A stretch of DNA of 64,000 nucleotides. Source: Nanobdellati archaeon. GTDB lineage: Archaea; EX4484-52; GLR71. The stretch spans positions 1 to 64,000 of the forward strand of contig JAHYJR010000002.1 in the NCBI GenBank assembly GCA_019429005.1, read 5' to 3'. The notes under the pieces are model-generated. The model was not told the origin of the DNA, ran no database searches, and was given only the letters and a program-made list of their open reading frames with translations. The translations under genes and the position numbers were made by a program. Below, in pieces: positions 50,807 to 61,295 of this stretch (position 1 is its first letter; each line of letters starts with the position of its first letter).

Positions 50807-51631
50807 ATGCGAGAACCTATAGCAGGAGGTTTTTATCCTGAAAATAAAGTATTTCTTGAAATTATGTTAGATAAATTTATGTTAAAAAAGAATACAAAAA
50901 AATCAAATGTTATAGGTGCAGTTGTACCTCATGCAGGATATCTATATTCTGGAAATACTGCAGCAGAAGTGTATAACAATCTAAAGAAAAAGTATGATTC
51001 TGTTATAATTATAGGTCCAGACCATACAGGACTTGCAAAAAGTGTCTCTTTAAGTGATGAAGATTGGAACACACCGCTAGGTTCTATACAAATTGACATG
51101 GATCTTTCAAATAAAATTATCAAAAATTTAGATATTGCATCATTTGATAACACAGCTCATATGTATGAACATTCTATTGAAGTTCAACTTCCAATGCTTC
51201 TTAGAGTTCTTGGTAATTTCAAATTTATACCAATTATAATACCTTCAACAATATCAGACATGGACACTCTTGAAAAGATTGGACTAGCATTACGAAAATC
51301 AATTGGTGATTTAGATGTTCTTGTAATTGCAAGTTCTGATTTTACTCATTTTGGTCGAGGTTATGGTTTTGTACCAGTTAAAACAGACGAAATAAAATGG
51401 ATACATAATATGGATAAGACCTTGATAGATGACATAATAAACCTTAATCCAATAAAACTAATTGAACATGCAGAATTAACTACAGCCTGTGGTATAGAAC
51501 CTATATGTGTTATGTTATCTTGTATCAAAAAACAATCAAAAAAAGGAAAATGTCTTAAATATACTACTAGTTTTGAAGTTTCAGGTATAAAAAATGCGAT
51601 TGTTGGATATTCTGGAATCATTTTTGAATAA
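50807..51631 (+). CDS. amrB: MEMO1 family (AmmeMemoRadiSam protein B)
   Basis: AGGFYP, PHAGYLYSG, GPDH, EHSIEVQLP, ASSDFTH, TACG. Confidence 0.93.
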   Translation: MREPIAGGFYPENKVFLEIMLDKFMLKKNTKKSNVIGAVVPHAGYLYSGNTAAEVYNNLKKKYDSVIIIGPDHTGLAKSVSLSDEDWNTPLGSIQIDMDLSNKIIKNLDIASFDNTAHMYEHSIEVQLPMLLRVLGNFKFIPIIIPSTISDMDTLEKIGLALRKSIGDLDVLVIASSDFTHFGRGYGFVPVKTDEIKWIHNMDKTLIDDIINLNPIKLIEHAELTTACGIEPICVMLSCIKKQSKKGKCLKYTTSFEVSGIKNAIVGYSGIIFE

Positions 51632-51728
51632 AAATTAACCCATTTAAACACTCTTATTCTAAGAAAGTTATTTAAACTTTTTTAATATAATATTTAATAC
51701 TTACTAATTGTAAAAAAGATGATATGTT

Positions 51729-52217
51729 ATGGATACAAAACAAATAAGTTTTTTAGACAAGTTATATACTTCAGTTACAGAAGAATTAGGTTTTATTTCA
51801 GAAAACCATGCTAAATACATTAAGGGTTCATCTCAATTAGATACAATTAATCCTATTGAATTAAAAACACTTGATCTCTCATATGATTTTTTTAAAGAAC
51901 ACGCAGCACAGTATGGTATGACAGAACAGGTCGTATCTGAATATCTTAGAAATAACGGCTATATAAAATTAAACATAATTGATATTGCAACAGAACAATT
52001 AAGTTCATATGGTTTTGCAAATAAAACTGCTATAAAAGAAATTGTTAATTCGGTCTTAAGAATGTCAGATCAAGAAATAACCTATTTAATAAAATATGGT
52101 GCTGATGATAATCCTATAATTAAAAATCTTGTAGATTCTGCACGAATTGATGCTGTAGCACCAAGAGATGCTGAAGAGTCAGGAGCAACGTTTGATGTAA
52201 GAGAAAGATTATATTAG
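51729..52217 (+). CDS. Hypothetical protein
   Basis: 162-aa ORF. Confidence 0.65.
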   Translation: MDTKQISFLDKLYTSVTEELGFISENHAKYIKGSSQLDTINPIELKTLDLSYDFFKEHAAQYGMTEQVVSEYLRNNGYIKLNIIDIATEQLSSYGFANKTAIKEIVNSVLRMSDQEITYLIKYGADDNPIIKNLVDSARIDAVAPRDAEESGATFDVRERLY

Positions 52218-52234
52218 AATTACAAGATGGTTTT

Positions 52235-52603
52235 ATGTCAAAATTAGGATTAAATACAATAAAAGATAGAGAACTTCAAATATATATGGACGCTTTTGAT
52301 AAAATTCAAGAATATCCTATAACTGATAATACAATTAAAAAATTACCGAACTTATTCCATAATAAAGGTATTCAATATATACATGCGTTAACTTATATTG
52401 CAGAACAATTAGTTACAGATGAAGGTATTTTTGTAGGAGATCAACATGTTGAAAAAATAATAAACTATCTTGAACATACACATTCTACACAAATCACAAA
52501 TCAAAAAATACTTGATGATATTACAAAACAAATCTTAAAAGAAACATATAATCAAGATAATATTATTGATAATAATTCTTTTGAAGAGTTTATATATCCA
52601 TAA
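52235..52603 (+). CDS. Hypothetical protein
   Basis: 122-aa ORF, 17 bp after previous gene. Confidence 0.6.
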   Translation: MSKLGLNTIKDRELQIYMDAFDKIQEYPITDNTIKKLPNLFHNKGIQYIHALTYIAEQLVTDEGIFVGDQHVEKIINYLEHTHSTQITNQKILDDITKQILKETYNQDNIIDNNSFEEFIYP

Positions 52604-52774
52604 TATAGATTTTTTCGTTTTTTATGTGAATTAATCTATACAACAGTTTTATATATGAATGAGTCACAATTATATACATATAAATAAACAAATAAATACA
52701 AATCATTTCTATAATTATCAAAACATACTAATTATTTTAATTTTGTAAATTGTAAATATAAAACGGTGATATAA

Positions 52775-54097
52775 ATTAGATTTTATGCGATAGGCGGATA
52801 TAATGAAGTCGGAAAAAATATGAGTGCTCTTGAAGTCGAAAATGAAGTAGTCATATTCGATATGGGTGTCCATATGGAAAAGTTAATTGAGCTTAATTCT
52901 GAAAAGCTCGATTATACACAGTTAAGTACTGAAAAACTTAAAGCACTTGGTGTTTTACCAAATGATACCATATTAAATGGTAAGAATGTTATTGCAATTG
53001 TAATTTCACACGGTCATCTAGATCATGTAAATGCTATACCAAAACTAGCTGAAAAATATAATTGTCCTATAATTGGAACACCATACACAATAAAGATTAT
53101 TGAAAACATTCTTAGAGATCATGGAAAAAAGAAACTTTTAGACAATCTTGTAGCTATAGAATATGGTGATTTGGCAGAAATCTCAAAAAAAATTCAAATT
53201 GAACTTGTCAGAACAACACACAGCATACCAGAACCATCTTTAATTGTAGTACACACAAAAGAAGGTATTGCAACAATTGCATATGATTATAAGCTTGATA
53301 ACACCCCTGTTTTTGGAGAAAAACCGGATTACAAAAGAATCAAAGAAATAGGAAAAGAAGGTGTAAAACTCCACCTCTCTGAATGTGTCCACGTTGCAGA
53401 TGAAACTAGAACACCATCTGAAGAAATTGCAAAACATCTTATGAAAGATTCAATTGACCGTGCATATGAAGGCAACACATCCGTTTTTGTAACAACGTTT
53501 GCATCTCATATTGCAAGATTAACTGGTATTATTGAAGCAAATCAAAATCGTAGAAAAATCGTATTTCTTGGAAGGTCCCTTGATAATTACACAAGACCTG
53601 CTAAAGAATTAAACCTTATTGATTTATCTGATATTACAATTGAAGGACGACCTAAAGGTGTAACTAAAGTTTTAAGTGATGTTGAAAAAAATCCGACACA
53701 ATATCTTGTAGTATGTACAGGTAATCAAGGTGAACCTAATTCGGTTTTATCAAGAATATCAAATAAACAATACACTTTCAATTTCAGAAAAGAAGATCAA
53801 GTAATTTTCTCTTCAACTGTAATACCAAGTCCACTCAATAGAGCTAGTAGATATACACTTGAACGTAATCTTAAATCTCAAGGCGTGAGAATCATTAAAG
53901 ATGTACATGTCTCAGGTCATGCTATGCGTGAAGATCATAGAGACCTTATACGAATGCTTAACCCAACACATATTATACCATGCCACGGTGAAACAGAACG
54001 TCTTGCAAACTTTGCAAGTCTTGCTGAAGAAGAAGGTTATGTTTTAGGTAGTACTGTGCATATATTAACAAACGGACGATATATTGATCTGAAATAA
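52775..54097 (+). CDS. rnj: RNase J family beta-CASP ribonuclease; probable ATT start
   Basis: GGYNEVGKNM upstream of the tracked ATG, HGHLDH, HSIP, TGNQGEP, HVSGH, PCHG. Confidence 0.93.
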   Translation: MRFYAIGGYNEVGKNMSALEVENEVVIFDMGVHMEKLIELNSEKLDYTQLSTEKLKALGVLPNDTILNGKNVIAIVISHGHLDHVNAIPKLAEKYNCPIIGTPYTIKIIENILRDHGKKKLLDNLVAIEYGDLAEISKKIQIELVRTTHSIPEPSLIVVHTKEGIATIAYDYKLDNTPVFGEKPDYKRIKEIGKEGVKLHLSECVHVADETRTPSEEIAKHLMKDSIDRAYEGNTSVFVTTFASHIARLTGIIEANQNRRKIVFLGRSLDNYTRPAKELNLIDLSDITIEGRPKGVTKVLSDVEKNPTQYLVVCTGNQGEPNSVLSRISNKQYTFNFRKEDQVIFSSTVIPSPLNRASRYTLERNLKSQGVRIIKDVHVSGHAMREDHRDLIRMLNPTHIIPCHGETERLANFASLAEEEGYVLGSTVHILTNGRYIDLK

Positions 54098-54168
54098 TTA
54101 ATTTATTTCAGAACTTTTTCATTTTTTTTCTTTTTAACCTTTTTATAGAATAATAACCAAATAAATAT

Positions 54169-54498
54169 ATGTTTGGTATACCAATTGAATCTTTTTTAAT
54201 TGCAATAGTTCTAATTATTTCAGCTATACCTCTATATTTTTCAATCAAATTATTAGGTGGACAAGCATCGTTTCTAAAAGTTATTCTAGTGAATCTTGCT
54301 GCGGGTTTAATACTATCAGTCTTTGAATTGATTTTAGGTGTCGGTGGTATTTTAGGATTTGTAATATTAATTTTTATATATAAAGAAATGTTTGATATGA
54401 CTTACATTGGTGCATTCCTAGCTTGGTTATTACAATTTATAATTGCATTAATACTAATTTTAATTTTTATTGTAATTGGAATTAGTGTAATTATATAG
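54169..54498 (+). CDS. Small multi-pass membrane protein
   Basis: Hydrophobic 109-aa ORF. Confidence 0.7.
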   Translation: MFGIPIESFLIAIVLIISAIPLYFSIKLLGGQASFLKVILVNLAAGLILSVFELILGVGGILGFVILIFIYKEMFDMTYIGAFLAWLLQFIIALILILIFIVIGISVII

Positions 54499-54532
54499 AT
54501 ACTTTTTAATACTTGTTTTTAGAAATAATATT

Positions 54533-56206
54533 ATGTCTAAATCGATCGAACAATTCATAAAAGAACAAGCATTGCTTAATGCAATTGAATATTCTGGAAA
54601 AGCGAACCCTAAAGCACTAATAAGTCGTGTAATCGGAGAATATCAAGAATACAAATCAAAAATGAAAGAACTTATACCTCTAATTGAAAAAATTGTATCT
54701 GAAATCAATTCAATGTCTTCTAATGAACAAGCAAATGAAATCGAAAAATTAGGTGTTAAACTTAAAAAAAAACCAATAAAAAAAGACCTTTCAGATTTAC
54801 CTGATGCAATAGATGGTAAAGTTATAATGAGATTTGCTCCAAATCCAAATGGTTCATTATCGTTAGGACATGCAAGACAATTGATACTTAATTGGCTTTA
54901 TTCTAAAAGATATAATGGTAAATTTGTATTACGTCTTGATGATACTGATGCAAAAATAAAAACACCAATAAAAGAAGCATATAAATGGATTGAAGATGAT
55001 GCTAAATGGCTTGGCATAATACCTGATGTTATTGTTAAAGCTTCAGATAGATTTGATATCTATTATGATTATGCAAAAAAATTAATTGAAATGGATAAAG
55101 CGTATGTCTGTACTTGTGAAGCTGAAGAATTCAGAAAATTAAAAGCATCAGCTATAGCCTGTAAGTGTCGTGTTTTATCTTCAAAAGAGAATCTTAACCG
55201 TTGGAACAATATGTTTACAACCTATAAAGAAGGTGATGCTGTACTTAGAATTAAAACAGACATAAAACATAAAAATCCAGCATTAAGAGATTGGCCTGCA
55301 TTTAGGATAATAGATAACCCAAAACACCCCTACCTTAATGTAAAAGTATGGCCACTTTATGATTTCGCATCATCTATTGATGATCATCTTTTAGGTATTA
55401 CACACATCATCCGTGGTATTGATTTTGTTGTAACTGAACAAAAACAAGGGTACTTATATAAATATTTTAATTGGATATATCCAAAAAATCTAGTTACAGG
55501 AAAATTATTGGTTTCAGGTGTTAAAAGTACAACAGAATCACGAAGATTAATAGCTGAAGGTGTATTTACTGGTTGGAATGACCTTAGACTTGGCAATTTA
55601 AAATCACTTCAAAGACGAGGATTTTGTCCTCAAGCAATTATAGATTTTATAAAAGCTATTGGAACAACTAAAGGCGATGTTAATATCTCGCTTGAAAACC
55701 TTTATGCTGTAAACAAAAAATACATTGATCCTGTCTCTGATAGATACTTTTTTGTTGCAAATCCAATCAAAATGGAAATTAAAGGTATAGATAAATATAC
55801 AGCTGAACTTGTCAAGCATCCTGATAATAACTCACGTGGCACTCGTAAGATTAAAATGAATGGTCCTGTTTTAGTATCAACTGATGACATTGAACTGTTT
55901 AAAAGCGGAAAAAAGATTAGACTAAAAGGACTTTTCAACATAATAATCAAATCAGTATCAAAAGATCTAATTATTGCGGAATTTGTTTCACAAGAAATAG
56001 ACAAAACAATACCGATAATACATTGGGTGCCTAATAAAGATAATATTGAAGCAGAAGTTATTATGCCTGATATGATATCAATCAAAGGAAATCTTGAGAA
56101 TAATTGTAAAAATCTAAAAACTGGCACAATGATTCAACTTGAAAGATTTGGTTTTGCTAATCTTGAAAATAAAAAACCGTTTAGGTTCATATATACGCAT
56201 AAATGA
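54533..56206 (+). CDS. gltX: Glutamate--tRNA ligase (archaeal type)
   Basis: RFAPNPNG, LRLDDTD, YVCTC, WPLYDF, THIIRG, QLERFGF. Confidence 0.96.
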   Translation: MSKSIEQFIKEQALLNAIEYSGKANPKALISRVIGEYQEYKSKMKELIPLIEKIVSEINSMSSNEQANEIEKLGVKLKKKPIKKDLSDLPDAIDGKVIMRFAPNPNGSLSLGHARQLILNWLYSKRYNGKFVLRLDDTDAKIKTPIKEAYKWIEDDAKWLGIIPDVIVKASDRFDIYYDYAKKLIEMDKAYVCTCEAEEFRKLKASAIACKCRVLSSKENLNRWNNMFTTYKEGDAVLRIKTDIKHKNPALRDWPAFRIIDNPKHPYLNVKVWPLYDFASSIDDHLLGITHIIRGIDFVVTEQKQGYLYKYFNWIYPKNLVTGKLLVSGVKSTTESRRLIAEGVFTGWNDLRLGNLKSLQRRGFCPQAIIDFIKAIGTTKGDVNISLENLYAVNKKYIDPVSDRYFFVANPIKMEIKGIDKYTAELVKHPDNNSRGTRKIKMNGPVLVSTDDIELFKSGKKIRLKGLFNIIIKSVSKDLIIAEFVSQEIDKTIPIIHWVPNKDNIEAEVIMPDMISIKGNLENNCKNLKTGTMIQLERFGFANLENKKPFRFIYTHK

Positions 56207-56652
56207 TTTTAATGAAACAGATATTATTTTTGGCTCTACTATTATTTGTATCTTTTATAAATATTGATACAGCCTTTGCTGCATCTGCATCATTTGATGA
56301 GTATTACTTCAATCCATCTACTGATGAATGCATCAATCATTGGCGAGGTAATGATTATACAAAATTTCCTATACCAGATAATTTCTACTTCTCAGGATAT
56401 AATGACCCAAATTGCACACAACTAGAATTCAATCTTAAAGAATATAATACATGTATATCTCTTAACGGCGAGTATATATTGAAATATAACTTTTATTACA
56501 AATGTTTCATATATGAAACAAAAACAATTGATATTGAAACAGACAAATTAAAAAAGAATATTGGTTCTTATCTACTTAAAGGCGTATCATTTTTATTTTT
56601 TATCCTTATTGTAAGCATATTTATTGACAGAGTTAATAAACATTTTATATGA
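56203..56652 (+). CDS. Secreted/membrane-anchored Cys-containing hypothetical protein
   Basis: Signal peptide-like start, C-terminal TM. Confidence 0.6.
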   Translation: MILMKQILFLALLLFVSFINIDTAFAASASFDEYYFNPSTDECINHWRGNDYTKFPIPDNFYFSGYNDPNCTQLEFNLKEYNTCISLNGEYILKYNFYYKCFIYETKTIDIETDKLKKNIGSYLLKGVSFLFFILIVSIFIDRVNKHFI

Positions 56653-56660
56653 GCTGGGGG

Positions 56661-57130
56661 TTAATCAATCAACCAAAAACCCAAACAATAATTGCCCATA
56701 ACTATACTTTGATTTTGGATTTATATCCTCAAGATAACCCACTTTCTTAAAACCTCTTTTTTTATAGAATTCAATAGCTTTATTACCATCATAATCTCCA
56801 GTTCCTACATGAATCATTGATATTTTTCATTTACACAATAATTAATAAGATGTTCTATCAACAAAGTTCCAAACCCTTGACCTTGATATTCAGATCTAAT
56901 TGCTAATTCTTCAATTATTACAGAACCTTGAAATGGTGTATCAAAAAGATGTTTCTCAAAATACAAATGCACTATATATTCAGTCTTATTTTCAAAAAAA
57001 AAATATTTTTTTGCTTAACACACATCTCAAAAAAATCATTATGCTTTGAAAATACTATTTTTGGAAATACGTCTTTAAAAGTTTTAATGTAATCAATTTT
57101 ATCAATTTTCTTAAAAAAACGTATTTTCAT
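56661..57130 (-). pseudogene. GNAT acetyltransferase, frameshifted
   Basis: EELAIRSEYQGQGFGTLLI and AIEFYKKRGF in different frames. Confidence 0.75.
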
Positions 57131-57230
57131 ACTAATTATTAAATTAAATATTATAAATAAATCAAAATAATCTATCTAAATAATAATAAAACCAATAAAA
57201 CTATAAAAATTTACTATTAAACATACACAT

Positions 57231-57707
57231 ATGGGTCAATTAGGTCAATTTATTATGGATAAATCGGGAATAAGAACATTTGAAGTTTCAGACAAATCTT
57301 TACAGAAACATCTTTTAGAAGCAAAAACAAATTCAAACGCCTTTAGAGTATATCGTATAATTAAAGATAATGATTCTGATTATAAAATAGTGAAAGATCT
57401 TTGTAATCCTGTTGAATTTAAATACAAAATTGAAGAATTTGATGGTTACCCTGTAGAATTTCTCACATATGAACCTAGACCAATGAAACATCCAAGGATA
57501 CGAACATTTAAGGATACTTATCTTGAACTTGATATTATTGACAAAATTATTATACCTTCAAAAAGGATAATTGGACGCTCTTTTGGTCAAGATGCAATTC
57601 AACCTTTCTATTATATAGGTACTGAAGAAACTTTCATTTATGAACTGGATTATGAGGTTGAATATCTCATATATAGATATGATATAATTAAAAGACACAT
57701 TTCATAA
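57231..57707 (+). CDS. Hypothetical protein
   Basis: 158-aa ORF. Confidence 0.6.
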   Translation: MGQLGQFIMDKSGIRTFEVSDKSLQKHLLEAKTNSNAFRVYRIIKDNDSDYKIVKDLCNPVEFKYKIEEFDGYPVEFLTYEPRPMKHPRIRTFKDTYLELDIIDKIIIPSKRIIGRSFGQDAIQPFYYIGTEETFIYELDYEVEYLIYRYDIIKRHIS

Positions 57708-57753
57708 ATAATTTTTTTTTTAATAATAATACATATTATAAAAATAAGACAAA

Positions 57754-58140
57754 TTACACTTTAACATTAAAAAAACCAAGCTGACCTTTCTGATCTATCG
57801 GTTTATCAAATACCTGCACATTCTTAAGGACAAAACCATATATAGGTGTTTTAACAAAATGTTCAGAAAGATGTCTATATTTATCGTCCAAAAAAGAATC
57901 CGCAGAAGCATACATAATTACATCTTTTAATACTGCAGAGCCTAAAATCGCACCAATCTTAAACGTTTTAATATCAAGATTAAACTGTTTAGCATATTGC
58001 TTATCAATTGTTTTTGATGCATGGATTAAGAACCGTCCTCGAAATTTTGTGTTCCATGTCCGCAATTCAATCGTTTTTTTACAAGATAATATCAGTTCAA
58101 CCCATGGTTGTCGTATAGAAAGTGCTTTCATTTGAATCAT
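57754..58140 (-). CDS. ASCH domain protein
   Basis: KALSIRQPW, KTIELRTW, LIHAS, KGQLGFF. Confidence 0.9.
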   Translation of the reverse strand: MIQMKALSIRQPWVELILSCKKTIELRTWNTKFRGRFLIHASKTIDKQYAKQFNLDIKTFKIGAILGSAVLKDVIMYASADSFLDDKYRHLSEHFVKTPIYGFVLKNVQVFDKPIDQKGQLGFFNVKV

Positions 58141-58193
58141 ATATATTTTGTTTAAAGGATTTATTAATTAAAGAATATAATAAAATAAAAAAA

Positions 58194-58560
58194 TTAAATA
58201 CAATATTCCAAAAAAACACATTTTTTATCTGTTCCAATCTCTTTAAAGCCCATTGATTTCCATACTGTTAAAGCAATAATATTATTAGAATATACATTTG
58301 TTTTAATTATCTTAACATTATTTGTGTTGAACCAATTAAGAACCATATTAAATAAGACTTTAACTATACCTTTATTTCGATATTCCAAAATGATAAAAGT
58401 ACTCGATAAGATTCCAACATCATTTTTAATATAAGATTCACAAAAACCAACTGGTTTATTATCTTCATAAGCGATAAGATAAAGTGTATTATTATCAGAT
58501 ATTGCTTTTTTAATATTTTGTTTATATTTTTTTATTGTTTCATCATTTTTATCAAAAAGT
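58194..58560 (-). pseudogene. GNAT acetyltransferase remnant
   Basis: LIAYEDNKPVGF...EYRNKGI...NIIALTVWKSMGF; 5' part disrupted. Confidence 0.65.
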
Positions 58561-58794
58561 TAGATCTTGACGAATAAAATACATATTGTTTCCAACCATA
58601 AAATTTTAAAGGTATTTAAACATAACGTAATAAGCATAATATTGTTTAAAATTAATATATAATTAATTAAAAACACATATTATTTTGTTATTTATAAATA
58701 GTAACTTTTATATAGTTATCTATATCAAATATTAAAACGATTATTAATTAAATAATAAACATATCAAATTAAAACGATTAAAAAGGTACTTTAA

Positions 58795-59097
58795 ATGGAA
58801 AATAAAAATATATACGATATTCAGGAAGACGTATTTATACCGTTTTTTGATTATCTAGATCAATTACAAGATATACAAATAATTCAAAATGATTATATAA
58901 CATGGAGTAATCTTAGAGAATCATTATATCAAGCACATTTAAACAAAAAATGGGATTTAGACCTAAAAAAGAAAGATGATATTTTAAAACAAAGAGATAT
59001 TAAATCATGTCGAGACATGTTTACATATTTTAATAATATTGATAAACCAGCAACATATAGCGAAATGTTCGATCATCTTGATAATCTTTTAAATTAA
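58795..59097 (+). CDS. Hypothetical protein
   Basis: 100-aa ORF with AGGT RBS-like element. Confidence 0.55.
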   Translation: MENKNIYDIQEDVFIPFFDYLDQLQDIQIIQNDYITWSNLRESLYQAHLNKKWDLDLKKKDDILKQRDIKSCRDMFTYFNNIDKPATYSEMFDHLDNLLN

Positions 59098-59260
59098 TTA
59101 ATCAAATAAAAATAATATAATATTATATTTATCGTATTTATAATTATTTTTTAAAATTTCTAAATATAAATCTTCTTAACAAGACTTTTATTTATATTAT
59201 CATAATTTTAGTTATATCAATAATTAGAACATATATACAGTTCAAAAATATAACAGGATA

Positions 59261-60580
59261 ATGGATAATATGAAACGTTTTTTTGAAAAACTCTTTGGTA
59301 AAAGAGAACCTATTGAAAAAGAATCACATAAACAAGTTAAAGTTAATCTTAATTTAAATAATATCCTAAAATTTATTGAAGATGAAACCTCTGAATTTTC
59401 AAATAAAATTAATGATTCAATAAAGACATCTTTTGATCAAATTAAGACTCTTTTAGATGAATTAGAAATCAATTTAGATATTCTAGAAAAAGCTAAATCT
59501 GAAAAAGATGTTGATGATCGGCCAAAAATGTTTGCGTTAGACCATAGAATTGCTTTTATAAAAAGAGTACAGAGTTTTAAAAATACAATTAAACTTCCCG
59601 AAAGTGAAAATACTCAAAAAGTTTTTGAATTTAATAATCTCCTAATTGATGAATTAAACAATCTAATCAAAGACACAGCAAAAAACATATATTTTACAAA
59701 AATCTTGTTTTCAGAAGAAATTTCGGGTGTAGCGAGTACTTTGAAAAAAATAAGTGGTTCTATAGACCAATCCAAAAAATATTTAGATGAAAACCGAGAT
59801 AAAATTAAATTAATTATAGATATTAAAAAAAACATAACAGATATGGATAATCAAATTAATATTAAGCAAACTGAAAATGATAATTTAAAACAACACAAAT
59901 TAAATCTTATTAAACTAGAAGATGAAGAAAAAAAGATACATCATGATTTAACACAATTAGATAAAAGCGGAGAATTGACTGATTTAAAGCAAAAACAAGC
60001 AAAATTAGACACTCTCAAAAAGGATATTGATGAATCAAAAACATATATCTTACAAATGTTTTCCCCTATTATGAAAGCTTTGAAGAAATTTGAAAGATAC
60101 ACCACAGGACTCACAAAAGATGAAATACAAATCTTAGATACCTATATTGAACATCCATCTGAGGGTCTGCTTATTGATACACATTTAAAAACACTTGATA
60201 AGATTCTTGAAAATATTGAAAGTTTAATTAATACAGATCAAATTCAATTAAAAGACAAACTAAAAGAAAAAGCGATTACACAAATTGAAAAATTTAAAAA
60301 ACATTCTGAACTGGAATATTTTAAAACCAAATCTAAAACAACACAAGAAACGATTAAAACTCTTGAAAATGAAATAAAAACAAATAAAACAAGTCATAAA
60401 ATTGAATCAATAAGAACAAAATTCCAAGATATAAAAAACAAAATCAAAGACGAAAAACAAGATATAGATAAACTTGAAGAGTATTTAAAAACACTTAATA
60501 ATGACATTTCTGAGAAGATAAAAGAGTTAGAATCAGACCTTAAAGACATTTCAGATAAAACTGTAACAATTAAATTTTAA
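59261..60580 (+). CDS. Long coiled-coil hypothetical protein
   Basis: K/E/I/L-rich heptad pattern throughout. Confidence 0.75.
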   Translation: MDNMKRFFEKLFGKREPIEKESHKQVKVNLNLNNILKFIEDETSEFSNKINDSIKTSFDQIKTLLDELEINLDILEKAKSEKDVDDRPKMFALDHRIAFIKRVQSFKNTIKLPESENTQKVFEFNNLLIDELNNLIKDTAKNIYFTKILFSEEISGVASTLKKISGSIDQSKKYLDENRDKIKLIIDIKKNITDMDNQINIKQTENDNLKQHKLNLIKLEDEEKKIHHDLTQLDKSGELTDLKQKQAKLDTLKKDIDESKTYILQMFSPIMKALKKFERYTTGLTKDEIQILDTYIEHPSEGLLIDTHLKTLDKILENIESLINTDQIQLKDKLKEKAITQIEKFKKHSELEYFKTKSKTTQETIKTLENEIKTNKTSHKIESIRTKFQDIKNKIKDEKQDIDKLEEYLKTLNNDISEKIKELESDLKDISDKTVTIKF

Positions 60581-60583
60581 AAA

Positions 60584-61231
60584 TTATATAGAATTTATTA
60601 ACTCATTCTCTATTGATTTAACATACGATATAAATACATTTGTAAATGGTCCAGAAGAAACCTGTCCTTTAGATTCTCGTTTAACAAGGCCATAATTAGA
60701 TAAATCATTCAAATGGACATTAACAGACATTTTTGTAAGACCTGTCTCACCCATTATATCTTTAACATTTGTTGACAATATAGTTATAATATAATTATAA
60801 TTAATATCCTTTGTACCTATACGAATTAAGTCCAAGGCAAACTGATTAAGATTACTATCATATACGTCATAACAAAAAGGATTCAAATATTTATCGAGAC
60901 TTTTGTTTTTTATCTCAGATTTTAAAGAGTCGAAAGAGGCCATAAATACATCTGTAAATGGTCCAGAAGAAACCGGTCCTTTAGATTCTCGTTTAACAAG
61001 GCCATAATTACCCAAATCATTCAAACGAATATTAACAGGCATTTTTGTAAGACCTGTAATATTCATTATATTATCAATTTTAGTTGGTAAGTTAGTTATA
61101 ATAGAATAATTAATTTCTTTTGTACCCATACGAATTAAATCTAAGGTTAACTCATTAAAAGCAGCACATAATACTTCAGATTCATCATACACATAATTAA
61201 ACTTTTGAGAATTACAATCATCTATAAACAT
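60584..61231 (-). CDS. Tandem duplicated winged-helix protein
   Basis: Two similar TGLTKM.VN..LNDL.NYGLVKRESKG units. Confidence 0.7.
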   Translation of the reverse strand: MFIDDCNSQKFNYVYDESEVLCAAFNELTLDLIRMGTKEINYSIITNLPTKIDNIMNITGLTKMPVNIRLNDLGNYGLVKRESKGPVSSGPFTDVFMASFDSLKSEIKNKSLDKYLNPFCYDVYDSNLNQFALDLIRIGTKDINYNYIITILSTNVKDIMGETGLTKMSVNVHLNDLSNYGLVKRESKGQVSSGPFTNVFISYVKSIENELINSI

Positions 61232-61295
61232 GTTTTTTATACACCCATTACTAATGATTTTAAAAAAATTTAAAAAATATAGATTAAGTAAAAAC

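Noticed and set aside
60584-61231. DGR template/variable repeat pair
   Set aside because: Both copies are in-frame domains of one ORF, differences are not adenine-specific and include an indel, and no reverse transcriptase is in the window
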